From the IMG/VR virus record IMGVR_UViG_3300031595_000166, positions 32,001-96,000 of that record: DNA of 64,000 bases. One strand, 5' to 3'. The translations under genes and the position numbers were made by a program. The DNA is from a virus. This document shows positions 9,436 through 19,156 of the stretch, in pieces (position 1 is the stretch's first letter; each line of letters opens with the position of its first letter). The notes under the pieces were generated by a model that worked only from the letters and a program-made list of their open reading frames with translations, made no database searches and had not been told where the DNA came from.

Positions 9436-9804
9436 CTACGATATCCTCGCTAAATCTTCAACACTCACATACATCTCAATCGCATTCTTTGCGCCTTTGA
9501 TTAGATCACGCGATATCTTTTCACCTGTTGCATACGAAAGATCTATCATGTATTTTTCAGTCAATCTCCAACCACCATCATTTTCTTTGCTAAACTCATA
9601 CATAACTTCTTCTTCGGTAGGATCTCTTCGCAACCACCAACACCAACGACTGTTCATCCGCTTCTTCAATGATGCCCTAATCTTATCCATCGTCTCTTTA
9701 TATCGTGTTTCTTTTCTTGCTTTCGCCCAAGCAAGATATTTTTCCGCAATATGAACAACTTCCTTCGGATCCATTTTAACTAATGATGTATTTGGACAAG
9801 TCAT
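9436..9804 (-). CDS. hypothetical protein
   Basis: 122-aa ORF in operon. Confidence 0.6.
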   Translation of the reverse strand: MTCPNTSLVKMDPKEVVHIAEKYLAWAKARKETRYKETMDKIRASLKKRMNSRWCWWLRRDPTEEEVMYEFSKENDGGWRLTEKYMIDLSYATGEKISRDLIKGAKNAIEMYVSVEDLARIS

Positions 9805-9811
9805 TTTATCC

Positions 9812-10204
9812 TCACTTCAATAATAAACACACATCGCATTGACATCTAAACCAACCACCACTGGGAACAATCGTGCCCGGACGACCACATCGTTCGCAAG
9901 TCTTTGCGCTTTGCTCTTCTGCTTCGTTGATGGCTTGCGTCATTTCATCCGTCTCTGCTGACATATACCAGCGCAACATTCCAAACTTTTCCTTGCATTG
10001 ACTTGCTTTATATTTTCCGCGTTCCTCTTCTGGCAATGCTAAAATCATTGCTTCAAGTTTTGCTGATAGCGCCTCTGTTAGCAAGAACCAACCATCCCCA
10101 TATGAGAAACCAAACCGCATCAATGATTTACTTGATGGGTCAATCGCACTCACATATAGATTAGGATATGCTTTGATTAGTGTTTCTTCAAGTTCTTTTT
10201 TCAT
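9812..10204 (-). CDS. conserved phage protein with KEKFG.LR.Y motif and CxxCG Zn site
   Basis: GDGW, QCKEKFGMLRWY, TCERCGRPG, C..C. Confidence 0.7.
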   Translation of the reverse strand: MKKELEETLIKAYPNLYVSAIDPSSKSLMRFGFSYGDGWFLLTEALSAKLEAMILALPEEERGKYKASQCKEKFGMLRWYMSAETDEMTQAINEAEEQSAKTCERCGRPGTIVPSGGWFRCQCDVCLLLK

Positions 10205-10718
10205 TGTTTCATATACTCTTTTTCAATGGCACGCAGGTTCTTTGTCAGGAGAATATCTTGTTGATCTTTACTTAAATCAATCCGTGTAATGTTTCTTTCA
10301 TTTATATTTCCGCGAAACACAACAAAACAATAATCATAATAGATATCCTCATCAAAATCAAACTCTTTTTCTACCCAACCTCTTGCGCCATCAATAACTA
10401 ATTCTGGTGCGGAATAAAATCCGATAGCACAATGATCTGTTTCACCATCATCATTTTTAATATCAACCGATAGATAGTAAATTGTATTGTTCATTGGAAA
10501 ATATATCCCTTCTTGCCATCTTTATCTCGAAGTAAAATAAATTACACTAAACATCAGCATCGTAAATATACTGAATGTCATCATATAAGAAAGAAAATCT
10601 TCCTTTGTCTGATCACGATTTCCTAAAATATATCTTCGTATTAGCCAAAATGCACAAGCCAGTGGCAATCCGGGGATACCAACGATAGCGTAAATCCATA
10701 GAATTACATTATGTCTGT

Positions 10719-11054
10719 TCATTGAACACTTATCATAATATATAGTATGAACCAAACAACTTTACAAGCAACATGCAAAATCTGATCTACATGAATGTTA
10801 TATTTGCCTTCGCATTTGAAAAAATCGATCCAAAAATGTGCAATTGTTTCTGCAATGCCAAGCCAAACATTTTGTGTAATCAATGCAACTGCGCCACCGT
10901 GTATTAGGGCATGGCTCAATAACCAATACTGCCACGGGACGGATTTTTGTAATGCCGTATTAGCGTTTCGATTTTTATTGATCGCAGTAGCATCGCCTTG
11001 CAATGGGAAGTCGCATAGGGCGTGCGCGGCAAGTAGGAAGAATAGGATTATCAT
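10719..11054 (-). CDS. DUF3307-like membrane protein
   Basis: AHALCDFPLQ, HALIH, HFWIDFFK, DQILH. Confidence 0.8.
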   Translation of the reverse strand: MIILFFLLAAHALCDFPLQGDATAINKNRNANTALQKSVPWQYWLLSHALIHGGAVALITQNVWLGIAETIAHFWIDFFKCEGKYNIHVDQILHVACKVVWFILYIMISVQ

Positions 11055-11060
11055 CTGCTC

Positions 11061-11089
11061 AATGTAAGGCGCCGTGTGGCTGTTGTCAA
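11061..11089 (-). promoter_or_regulatory. sigma70-type promoter, probably leaderless mRNA
   Basis: TTGACA-17nt-TACATT, 6 nt before ATG 11054. Confidence 0.75.
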
Positions 11090-11099
11090 GACGCCGGTG

Positions 11100-11405
11100 T
11101 TAGATTAGTAAAAGATATTTATCTACTTCTTTGGAATATTTATGATATTGTAATATCTGGCATTTGATATCATTGACGGCATCGCTCAATGATATATTCG
11201 GATATTTATTTTTGAACCATCTAAATCCAAGCGCTAAATTATGTGCAACATTTAGATTTCTTATCTCATATACATCAATAATATGTATTGTTAGACTAAA
11301 TCTTACTGCACCATAACAATATGCGTTTCCACCTGTGTCTTCAAAATCGTCATCTATAATTGTGTAAATATCTTGTTGAACATCGCGAGAATAAGACCTA
11401 AACAT
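11100..11405 (-). CDS. small protein, C-terminal tag family B
   Basis: IIDDDF...YEIRNLNVAHNL; ends KYSKEVDKYLLLI. Confidence 0.75.
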   Translation of the reverse strand: MFRSYSRDVQQDIYTIIDDDFEDTGGNAYCYGAVRFSLTIHIIDVYEIRNLNVAHNLALGFRWFKNKYPNISLSDAVNDIKCQILQYHKYSKEVDKYLLLI

Positions 11406-12420
11406 TGTTCAATCTTTTTACAACTTCAATCAATACTTCTTTTTCGACTGCAAGGTTCATCCTAATATAACCATCTTGTCCGCCGAAGTGTTTCCCATCC
11501 GCAACATTCACTTTGGCTTTCTCAAAAACATCTGGACGCAAACATTTTGACCATAGGAACATCCCCGGCACATCAACAATATCCTCTGGCACATCAAGAA
11601 TATCTTTACGAATAGATTTGATTATGGTCTTGTTTTCAATTAGTCCTTCTTGACATCGTTGAATAAAAACATCATATGTTTCTTTTTGTTCGAGGTCGGT
11701 TAGCAATTCAAGAACAATGCTTTGACTAATTGTTGATACACCAACTGTCATCATTTCAATATATTCTTGGATCAGGTGGTAGAACTCGGGATTATTGCAA
11801 ACTGCTATTCCAACGCGAAGTCCTGATAATCCTAACCCCTTGCTAATAGAATATATCTGCACATCACCTAATGATCCGAACCCTTCATATTTAGGAAAAT
11901 ATATTGGTGAGTTATATACCTCATCTAATATAAACGGAATATCGAGATCTTTATGCCAATACGCTAAATGCTTTGCTTGTTCAGCGGTTATCATATACCC
12001 ATCTGGATTTCTTGGTAAAACCGCAAGATATGCATTATAATCACTTTGATCGCTAACTTGTTCAAGATTGTGGGCTTGAATAATTGGGGGTAATAAACAC
12101 CAATAAGGTGATGATAGTCCTAATTTTTTTTTACCTAATTTATTTAAAGCGTAGAACACCGCCCCCAAGCAATTTTTTGCTCCATTACATATAACTACTG
12201 GTGCTTGGTATTTATTTTCTAAAAACTTTACCAATGGCGGGTAGCCAGTAGGCTGTTGATATTCACACTTGTTATTTGAATATAAATCAATATTTAATTG
12301 ATTTTGAGATCGATATAAATCTAGTGTGGTAAATAGAGCATCACGAACTATACGCGCTTCACCAACGGCGAGATCAATAGTACCATCAAAAAAATTATTT
12401 TTAACTAGAAAATTATTCAT
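11398..12420 (-). CDS. PLP-dependent aminotransferase class I/II
   Basis: IDLAVGE, PRNPDG, LDEVY, SISKGLGLSGLRVG (PLP lysine), YIRMNLA. Confidence 0.9.
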   Translation of the reverse strand: MNNFLVKNNFFDGTIDLAVGEARIVRDALFTTLDLYRSQNQLNIDLYSNNKCEYQQPTGYPPLVKFLENKYQAPVVICNGAKNCLGAVFYALNKLGKKKLGLSSPYWCLLPPIIQAHNLEQVSDQSDYNAYLAVLPRNPDGYMITAEQAKHLAYWHKDLDIPFILDEVYNSPIYFPKYEGFGSLGDVQIYSISKGLGLSGLRVGIAVCNNPEFYHLIQEYIEMMTVGVSTISQSIVLELLTDLEQKETYDVFIQRCQEGLIENKTIIKSIRKDILDVPEDIVDVPGMFLWSKCLRPDVFEKAKVNVADGKHFGGQDGYIRMNLAVEKEVLIEVVKRLNNV

Positions 12421-12439
12421 AATTTGATATATATCCAGT

Positions 12440-13105
12440 ATGATTACTATCTATAAAATTACCTGCCTCGTAAATAAAAAAATCTACATTGGGCAAACTA
12501 AAAATAAAATTGAAAAAAGGCTTAACTATCATAAATGGTCTGCCAGACGGCAAAAAATGAGTTGCCCTAAATTAGAAAAGGCTATAAATTATTATGGTGC
12601 AGATAATTTTGTTATTGAACAATTGGCTAATACTGAAACTCGCGAAGAAGCCGATCTTCTTGAAGAAGAATACATATCAAAATATGATAGTATCAAACTT
12701 GGATATAATATACAATCGGGCGGAACCGGTGGTAATAGAGTTATTGTTGGATCTAAAAACCCCAATGCTAAACTAACTGATCAACAAGTAAATGAGATAC
12801 GGATATTGCTTGACAATAAATCTATAAAACAAAAAGATATAGCAGATAAGTATGATGTTCATACAACTACTATTCAGCGAATATCATATAATGTTGGCTG
12901 GCACGAAAATGATATCAAGCCAACACGCAGAAAACAACGCTCCATAAAAAAATGGACTACACTCACTGAGGAAAAGGTAAAAGAGATAAAAACACTTTTG
13001 AAAGAAGAAAAGATGGATATAATTGATATAGCCAATCTATATGGCGTATGCTACGCTAGTATTTCACACATCAAAAATGAACGCACTTGGAAACATGTTA
13101 AATAA
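12440..13105 (+). CDS. GIY-YIG homing endonuclease with C-terminal HTH/NUMOD-like repeats
   Basis: TIYKIT...IYIGQT, GYN, GSKNPNAKLT, two LTEE/IA..YGV units; opposite strand to neighbours. Confidence 0.85.
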   Translation: MITIYKITCLVNKKIYIGQTKNKIEKRLNYHKWSARRQKMSCPKLEKAINYYGADNFVIEQLANTETREEADLLEEEYISKYDSIKLGYNIQSGGTGGNRVIVGSKNPNAKLTDQQVNEIRILLDNKSIKQKDIADKYDVHTTTIQRISYNVGWHENDIKPTRRKQRSIKKWTTLTEEKVKEIKTLLKEEKMDIIDIANLYGVCYASISHIKNERTWKHVK

Positions 13106-13110
13106 ATTAC

Positions 13111-13398
13111 TCATATTAGCATCAAGTATTTCTCGATTTCTTTATCGTATAAGTGATTGGTGAATTCGGTTGCGAGTTTTAGGATGTCATTTGTGCTACG
13201 AGATTGCACAAACGCAATACCACGCGCTAAATTAGCAGCAATATTCAGTCCTCTTCTATGGTATTCGAAAACTATTGCTTCCCAATAAGAATTAGCACCA
13301 ATAGTAATACTAAAATCAGTATCAATAATAGTTATTATGAATGTATAACCACTAATGCTTTTATATGGATCATATTTCCAATCTAATGATTTTAGCAT
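13111..13398 (-). CDS. small protein, C-terminal tag family B
   Basis: IIDTDF...WEAI..EY.RRGLNIAANL; ends DKEIEKYLMLI. Confidence 0.75.
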   Translation of the reverse strand: MLKSLDWKYDPYKSISGYTFIITIIDTDFSITIGANSYWEAIVFEYHRRGLNIAANLARGIAFVQSRSTNDILKLATEFTNHLYDKEIEKYLMLI

Positions 13399-13694
13399 TA
13401 TAATAACATCATATATTTCTCGATCTCTCGATCGTATTTATTATGTGTAAATTTGATCATATACTCGAAGGCTGTCGGGAAATTCAATCTATCAACAATA
13501 TATCTATATGTCAAACACAAGTTCTTTGCAACATTCAATTGTCGCTTCTCATATTCTTTTGCGACGGCTTCCCAAAAAGTATTTTCGCGAACCAAGGCAC
13601 AAAAATCAGTATCAGTTATTTCAAAACTATACCGATAGTTATCCGCTGGCGGTGGAACTTCACTATCATTTAGTAATTTGATTGATTGAAACAT
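13398..13694 (-). CDS. small protein, C-terminal tag family B
   Basis: ITDTDF...WEAV..EYEKRQLNVAKNL; ends DREIEKYMMLL. Confidence 0.75.
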   Translation of the reverse strand: MFQSIKLLNDSEVPPPADNYRYSFEITDTDFCALVRENTFWEAVAKEYEKRQLNVAKNLCLTYRYIVDRLNFPTAFEYMIKFTHNKYDREIEKYMMLL

Positions 13695-13970
13695 TTATAG
13701 CAACATCATATATTTTTCGAGTTCTTCGCGATATGGTTTTATGTTGGGAGTGTATTTTATAACAAAACTATATAACTCTTGTTTTGTAATGTAATCAGGT
13801 TCATACTTTTGAATTGCAGTCAATAAATTTTTGACGACATTTAGATTTCGCCGTTCATATACTTCTATTATAGATTGCCATAAAAATTTACTACTATGAA
13901 CTTCAATGAAGTCATCATCAATAATTTTCCACTCTTTTTTAGAATGATTGTATTCGTAAGAATTATACAT
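13695..13970 (-). CDS. small protein, C-terminal tag family B
   Basis: IIDDDF...YERRNLNVVKNL; ends REELEKYMMLL. Confidence 0.75.
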   Translation of the reverse strand: MYNSYEYNHSKKEWKIIDDDFIEVHSSKFLWQSIIEVYERRNLNVVKNLLTAIQKYEPDYITKQELYSFVIKYTPNIKPYREELEKYMMLL

Positions 13971-13974
13971 TTGA

Positions 13975-14277
13975 TTATACCAACATCAAGTATTTATCAA
14001 CTTCATCACTGTACTTAGCAAACTCTGGCTTAGTCTTGTAATATTCATATGTCTCCACAACATTTGGATTATTTTGAATATAGACCGCTAAGTTAGCAGG
14101 AACATTTAGATTGCGACGCCCATATACATCAACGATTGCTTCGAAGACCGACCAACAGTCAGCCGTTTCTTCAAAATCAGTATCAATGATTCTGATTGAC
14201 ACTGACAATAAAACTTCTACGCCAGATTGTTTTTTGTCATTCTTAGTTTTGACGATTGGTTCGGCGGCGAGGAACAT
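13975..14277 (-). CDS. small protein, C-terminal tag family B
   Basis: IIDTDF...YGRRNLNVPANL; ends SDEVDKYLMLV. Confidence 0.75.
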   Translation of the reverse strand: MFLAAEPIVKTKNDKKQSGVEVLLSVSIRIIDTDFEETADCWSVFEAIVDVYGRRNLNVPANLAVYIQNNPNVVETYEYYKTKPEFAKYSDEVDKYLMLV

Positions 14278-14658
14278 TTAGAACCTAAAATAAGTATCAG
14301 TGTTATTATGTGGAAACCAGCATCCGTATTCATTGGGGCTTATTGAATAATAAACTTTCTTTACGCGCTTGGCTCGTAGCACATTGGCACAATCAGGGCA
14401 AGGTCGTGCGATAGCCAGTGAATTATCACGACGCAACATTCTAACTATATAGAATACTCCGTTAAAATCGATCTTTTTTGCAGTTCGATATTCCGCGTGG
14501 GCTTTTCGATCTGGTTCAGCCACTGGCGAATTGGGCGCGCCTACAATAACACCGTCGTTTCTTACACATAGAGCACCTACCTTAAACGATCTTTTATCGT
14601 CTTTGGAAAGAGCAATTTTTTCTGCAAGATCAAAATAATAGCGGACTGAACTGCGCAT
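14278..14658 (-). CDS. zinc-dependent cytidine/deoxycytidylate deaminase-family protein (start moved to MRSSV)
   Basis: VGALCV, HAE, ARPCPDC, V.KVYYS. Confidence 0.8.
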   Translation of the reverse strand: MRSSVRYYFDLAEKIALSKDDKRSFKVGALCVRNDGVIVGAPNSPVAEPDRKAHAEYRTAKKIDFNGVFYIVRMLRRDNSLAIARPCPDCANVLRAKRVKKVYYSISPNEYGCWFPHNNTDTYFRF

Positions 14659-14664
14659 ATGGTC

Positions 14665-14693
14665 AAGGTAAGGCTCGGACGCTGGCTTGTCAA
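14665..14693 (-). promoter_or_regulatory. sigma70-type promoter, probably leaderless mRNA
   Basis: TTGACA-17nt-TACCTT, 6 nt before ATG 14658. Confidence 0.75.
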
Positions 14694-14753
14694 GCCCGGA
14701 CGCCCACACAAAACTACATACCTAAAAACTCAATGATATCAAGTAGTTATCTG

Positions 14754-14828
14754 TCGGACGAGGGAGGCTCGAACTCCCGACCTGCGATTTATAAGTCCGC
14801 TGCTCTAAACCTGCTGAGCTATCGTCCG
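14754..14828 (-). tRNA. tRNA-Ile(UAU)
   Basis: CGGACGA/TCGTCCG acceptor, GCTC/GAGC D arm, loop CT-TAT-AA, GGGAG-TTCGAGC-CTCCC T arm, A73; CCA not encoded. Confidence 0.88.
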
Positions 14829-14840
14829 GTATTCAAAACT

Positions 14841-15260
14841 CTAAAACTGTAAATCGCCTTCCAACACCGCCTTATTATTCACAACGCTAACAATCTTCTT
14901 ATACTCACTAAAAACTTCCGGCAATGGATTGACCGCAGCAACTTCAACCTTCTTCACTTCATACCCCAACGCCTTTACCAATGCTTCCTTATCATTCTCT
15001 GCAATATCCACACCATACTTATTCGGCAACACTTTCAACGCCTCAGCATCAAAAATCACTCTCGTATTCACAACAAAATCCGTAATGTATAATACGAATA
15101 ATGATGTTCCAACTCTATGCTTGGCGCTTATTACATATAAGCCTGACGACAACATTATATTGACTTTTCGATTTTGTTGCTTATTCTTTTGAGTTTTATT
15201 AGCACGATGAGGATGAGCACAAACAAGTTCACCACATAGATGGCATTGATTTTTATTCAT
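14841..15260 (-). CDS. hypothetical protein with N-terminal CxxCx3CxHPHR motif
   Basis: CHLCGELVCAHPHR, shared with 17757..18848. Confidence 0.6.
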   Translation of the reverse strand: MNKNQCHLCGELVCAHPHRANKTQKNKQQNRKVNIMLSSGLYVISAKHRVGTSLFVLYITDFVVNTRVIFDAEALKVLPNKYGVDIAENDKEALVKALGYEVKKVEVAAVNPLPEVFSEYKKIVSVVNNKAVLEGDLQF

Positions 15261-15261
15261 A

Positions 15262-15570
15262 TCATTTACCCTTCAACAATAGATATATATTTACCAAACT
15301 ATCATACTCTTCAAGCAAGTCAGGATACTCTTCTTTGACAAACTCTCGTAGATATCCGAGGGAGTGGCAACTAGTAAAATACTTACTCATCACTAATTCG
15401 CGAATAGCATCCTCGGGCAAAATCCCCTGCCTCTTCGCCAGATCCATATAACTCTTCAATCCTTTATACTTGATGCCCATCACTAATTCGCGAATAACAT
15501 CCTCGGGCAAAATCCCCTGCCTCTTCGCCAGATCCATATAACTCTTCAATCCTTTATACTTGATGCCCAT
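15262..15570 (-). CDS. small protein, family D, with internal 30-aa duplication
   Basis: LREFVKEEYPDLL resembles neighbours; ends NIYLLLKGK. Confidence 0.6.
   Translation of the reverse strand: MGIKYKGLKSYMDLAKRQGILPEDVIRELVMGIKYKGLKSYMDLAKRQGILPEDAIRELVMSKYFTSCHSLGYLREFVKEEYPDLLEEYDSLVNIYLLLKGK
15391..15570. repeat. 90-bp tandem duplication
   Basis: 15391-15480 and 15481-15570 differ at one base (A/V codon). Confidence 0.9.
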
Positions 15571-15785
15571 TATGCCAGCACATTCATTTCATCGAACCAT
15601 TGCAATAATTGTGGATAGTTCTGTTCCATATGCTTACGAATCCTCATCATATTATGATGAATGTTTCCGTTATGAGCACACTTGATTGAATTACGATATG
15701 CCGTCTTGACATCAAGAAACTTATACTTGATCTCGTAATCAAGCACCTGTTCTACTGTGCCAAGCAATGGGTAATTGGAAAACAT
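15570..15785 (-). CDS. small protein, family D
   Basis: IRKHMEQNYPQLLQWFDEMNVLA. Confidence 0.65.
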   Translation of the reverse strand: MFSNYPLLGTVEQVLDYEIKYKFLDVKTAYRNSIKCAHNGNIHHNMMRIRKHMEQNYPQLLQWFDEMNVLA

Positions 15786-16018
15786 TACACTAACACCAGT
15801 AATCCATCAAACCATTCCAAAAGAATGGGATTATTTTTTTCAATATGTTCGCGTATAGCTGGCATAACAACATCTTTACCAGTCTTATTTTTTTTATAAT
15901 TATTCCATTCCTTTACCAAGAAACTGTATCCTGTTTTCGTATCCCAATTATGTTCAGGAGCATATTTGCTCATAAACCATTCAATATTATCATATGGGGT
16001 AATTTTTGTCGTAGACAT
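15785..16018 (-). CDS. small protein, family D
   Basis: IREHIEKNNPILLEWFDGLLVLV. Confidence 0.65.
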   Translation of the reverse strand: MSTTKITPYDNIEWFMSKYAPEHNWDTKTGYSFLVKEWNNYKKNKTGKDVVMPAIREHIEKNNPILLEWFDGLLVLV

Positions 16019-16101
16019 AAACTACACCTTTGAATCAACCAGATGACTCAATACTGGAATGATGAATACCATTACGAATAGTAATACAATACCTACAACC
16101 A

Positions 16102-16347
16102 TCATTGCTTTGTTTCCTCAACCACCGCAACAACGCCACCAGCCTTCGCCAGACGTGCCCGTTGCTTCTTTGCGCCAAGCCCCACGCCGAGCCTAGAATC
16201 AAGCATAGCGACCTTTTGCGCAGTGGTCAAGCTCTCGTAGCCCGTCTGTCGTTCAAGCGCTTCCTCGCGCTTGTGCTTTGAATTATCGGGACGAGGACCG
16301 CTACCGTCAGGATGCTTACGATTATTGTTTTGTCTTTTGCCGGGCAT
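16102..16347 (-). CDS. small basic hypothetical protein
   Basis: AAGGAG RBS; KR.EA..RQ...LD.RLG.G.GAKKQRARL. Confidence 0.65.
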   Translation of the reverse strand: MPGKRQNNNRKHPDGSGPRPDNSKHKREEALERQTGYESLTTAQKVAMLDSRLGVGLGAKKQRARLAKAGGVVAVVEETKQ

Positions 16348-16852
16348 TTGATTTATCTCCTTCTATAATTTCCAAAATGAACGATTGAATGAACACTTCT
16401 TGCAGATAGCAGAAACCTTGGTTCCTTCGTGAGAGCCACCGTCATCACGAATGATTGCAGAACCAACTTCTAATTTTCCATATTAGCCAAGTCATATGAT
16501 CCTTAATTTAGTTTCTTATCAGTATTAGTAGCCTTCAATTCAGGAACACCAGCATTACTTGCAATCCACATAGTGTCTAATGCAAACACTGTAATGATCA
16601 CGGAATAATGTTTGCCTTTTGCGCCATTGATGATTGACATCACATCAGTATTCAACTCATTTACAGCGAACTCTTTACCAGACAATCGTTCTACGCGCAA
16701 TGCAATCAATACACTAAAACCATTATCAGATTTTAAACTGGTTGCTTTCCCATCAGCAGCAGATATAGCATAGCCTCGTTCAACCAATTTAGCAACAACG
16801 ATTTCTTCATAGGAAGCGTCAGGTGCAGTGATCCACAGGTGATATGTTTTGT

Positions 16853-17818
16853 TCATTTGTCTGCCATAAAATTACTTGCAATATCAGCTCCGGGAACATG
16901 TGCTGTCAATTTCATAATAACAATTAGCGCAATGACCGTCAATACATAAGACGCAATTGTAATAACTATTTGCCTTGCGTTCATAATATCTGGATGCTTA
17001 TATTTCTTGATACGTTCAGCCTTATACTTTTCATAAAAACTAAGATCTTGACCCCACTTTGCTTTAAAAGTCGCATTACGATTTTCAAGATCTTCCATAT
17101 CGGTTCTTGAATGCTTACGATTAAGATAGATACCAATCAGATCTAATAGCCCAAGACCTGCAACGAACCCCATAAGTCCAATATGAAACTTGAACAATAC
17201 AAAAATACAAGCGACAACGGAAAGACTCATACATATCATGCCAACTTTTTCACTGATAGACATAGCGATTGTTTTCATAACCTGCCCGCCATCGAGCATG
17301 CCTAATGGGAAGCAGTTGAATAAATTCAGCATCGCCATCCATCCAGCAGCGGCAGCAAGCATTGGCAATCCAGTGATTAGGTATGCAACATATGTTGCAA
17401 TCGCCAATGCTAATCCTCCGATTGGTCCAGCCAATGCAATGAATGCGTTATCAGCATATGTCTTATATTTGTCTTCGGCAATCGCTACTCCTCCAATGAA
17501 TGGAAGAAAATAGAATCCCTTGGTTCGAATGCCTTTTAGTTTCATCGCAAAAACATGCGAAGATTCATGGAATCCCAATGCAATAACAAGTAGCAGAGCG
17601 AATTTCCAAGTAAAAAGGTATGCATATGAGGCAAAACTAACAGCAAACAAGCCAACCTTGATTAGCTTTGTCATCTTCAACAACTTAGGAAGATATGTTA
17701 AGATCTTTGCTCCAAACTTTGCAAGCAATCCCCAAAATCCAGTTTTAGACTTTTTTTCAACCGTCGAATTCATAACCGCTGAATCCATGGAACCTTCCTG
17801 TACTCTGTTGCTGACCAT
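16853..17818 (-). CDS. site-2 protease (peptidase M50)
   Basis: HESSH in a TM segment, FLPFIGGVA, IALAGP, NLFNCFPLGMLDGG. Confidence 0.9.
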   Translation of the reverse strand: MVSNRVQEGSMDSAVMNSTVEKKSKTGFWGLLAKFGAKILTYLPKLLKMTKLIKVGLFAVSFASYAYLFTWKFALLLVIALGFHESSHVFAMKLKGIRTKGFYFLPFIGGVAIAEDKYKTYADNAFIALAGPIGGLALAIATYVAYLITGLPMLAAAAGWMAMLNLFNCFPLGMLDGGQVMKTIAMSISEKVGMICMSLSVVACIFVLFKFHIGLMGFVAGLGLLDLIGIYLNRKHSRTDMEDLENRNATFKAKWGQDLSFYEKYKAERIKKYKHPDIMNARQIVITIASYVLTVIALIVIMKLTAHVPGADIASNFMADK

Positions 17819-18848
17819 ATGTAGTTATACTTGGCGATGATGAGTTTTTCAACTTATCAGCCAATTCACCATAACTTTTTGTCTGAGTAAACAACACTTT
17901 GCCATCATCTGGATCATAAGTGATCTTGATATCCTGCTTCATTGATTTACGGAATAGCCTATATGCGTGCTTTGGATTTACTCGGAAGTACAGCATTGCA
18001 CGCTTGATCTCGGTCATAAGTTCATTCTGATAGCAGATACGATCTGGAACACAATCATCGTTATCCCAAGACGAATATTGACCTCTGCGAGACAGTTTAC
18101 AACTGATAGTATAATACTCTTCAAGAGTGTCATAAACTGTATGGATTGTTAATCGCTCCCAGTCTTTGGAAACATAGGATGAGTATCCAGTGCCATAATA
18201 CGAAGTATTCTGAATCGATGAAACTTCATTCGTCCAAAACACAACTGTAAAATCTGAATACCTACCAGACTTCGATGAACTGCTAGCAGAACATACTTGA
18301 TTTAGTTCTCGGAACTTATACTTTTCAAGTGATTGAAGCGTTGGCTTCTTTTCTGATTTTGATATTACGGATGACCATGTAGTCTCGGTTGATTTTGGTG
18401 TGCTCGTAGTTGTTGTAATATCTGAAACTCTAACGAGAGCAGCAGAAGACGCTTGTGTTGCGGAGGATACATTGTCTTTGATTTGTGCTGTATATGCGTG
18501 AGTTTTCAAGTGATTGGTTAGATAGTTGACATGGATATTGGCAGTGCATAGACTACACTTTACCCAGTCTTTGACATTAGAGAGATTGCTTGGCTCTGTC
18601 ATTGGCTTTGTCTCTTTTGGAAAATCACGGTTTTGAATTGATAGCGGGTTGCCATCATCATCAAGAACATCTGAATGACTGTCTGTATATGTAATATGAA
18701 CCTGCTCGCCAAGTTTCTCACCCAACGCAAGGGATGAATTGCGGTCATGAATATTATGATTCTGATTATTGAAACTGCTTCGGGATTGATTGCGATGAGG
18801 ATGTTCGCAGATCATTTGCCCGCATAAGTAGCATATACCTTGTATCAT
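17757..18848 (-). CDS. hypothetical protein with N-terminal CxxCx3CxHPHR motif and C2H2-like finger
   Basis: CYLCGQMICEHPHR; CSLC...HLKTH. Confidence 0.65.
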   Translation of the reverse strand: MIQGICYLCGQMICEHPHRNQSRSSFNNQNHNIHDRNSSLALGEKLGEQVHITYTDSHSDVLDDDGNPLSIQNRDFPKETKPMTEPSNLSNVKDWVKCSLCTANIHVNYLTNHLKTHAYTAQIKDNVSSATQASSAALVRVSDITTTTSTPKSTETTWSSVISKSEKKPTLQSLEKYKFRELNQVCSASSSSKSGRYSDFTVVFWTNEVSSIQNTSYYGTGYSSYVSKDWERLTIHTVYDTLEEYYTISCKLSRRGQYSSWDNDDCVPDRICYQNELMTEIKRAMLYFRVNPKHAYRLFRKSMKQDIKITYDPDDGKVLFTQTKSYGELADKLKNSSSPSITTYGQQQSTGRFHGFSGYEFDG

Positions 18849-19096
18849 TACTTTATTCCATGCGCAAGAAGAATTGCGGCAAGGGCTTTCTGTTGTGCCT
18901 TGCGTTCGCGCTTGCGTTGTTTCTTTGACTTTGGAACAACGGAATACTTACAACAAGTTGGGCAACGACCATCAAGATATACTTGATTCTTCTTCTTGTC
19001 TGGATCAAGAACTTTTGATTGGCAGACACGGCAGATTAGCCCATAGCAGTAGTCGATTGTTTGAATTAGTTGTGGTTCCATTTTTGTTATGCTTGG

Positions 19097-19125
19097 AATA
19101 TAGCCATTGGCTGTGGCAATGTCAA
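19097..19125 (-). promoter_or_regulatory. sigma70-type promoter
   Basis: TTGACA-17nt-TATATT. Confidence 0.75.
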
Positions 19126-19156
19126 TGTGTGTTGGTGTAAGCTAAAAACTAAGAAA

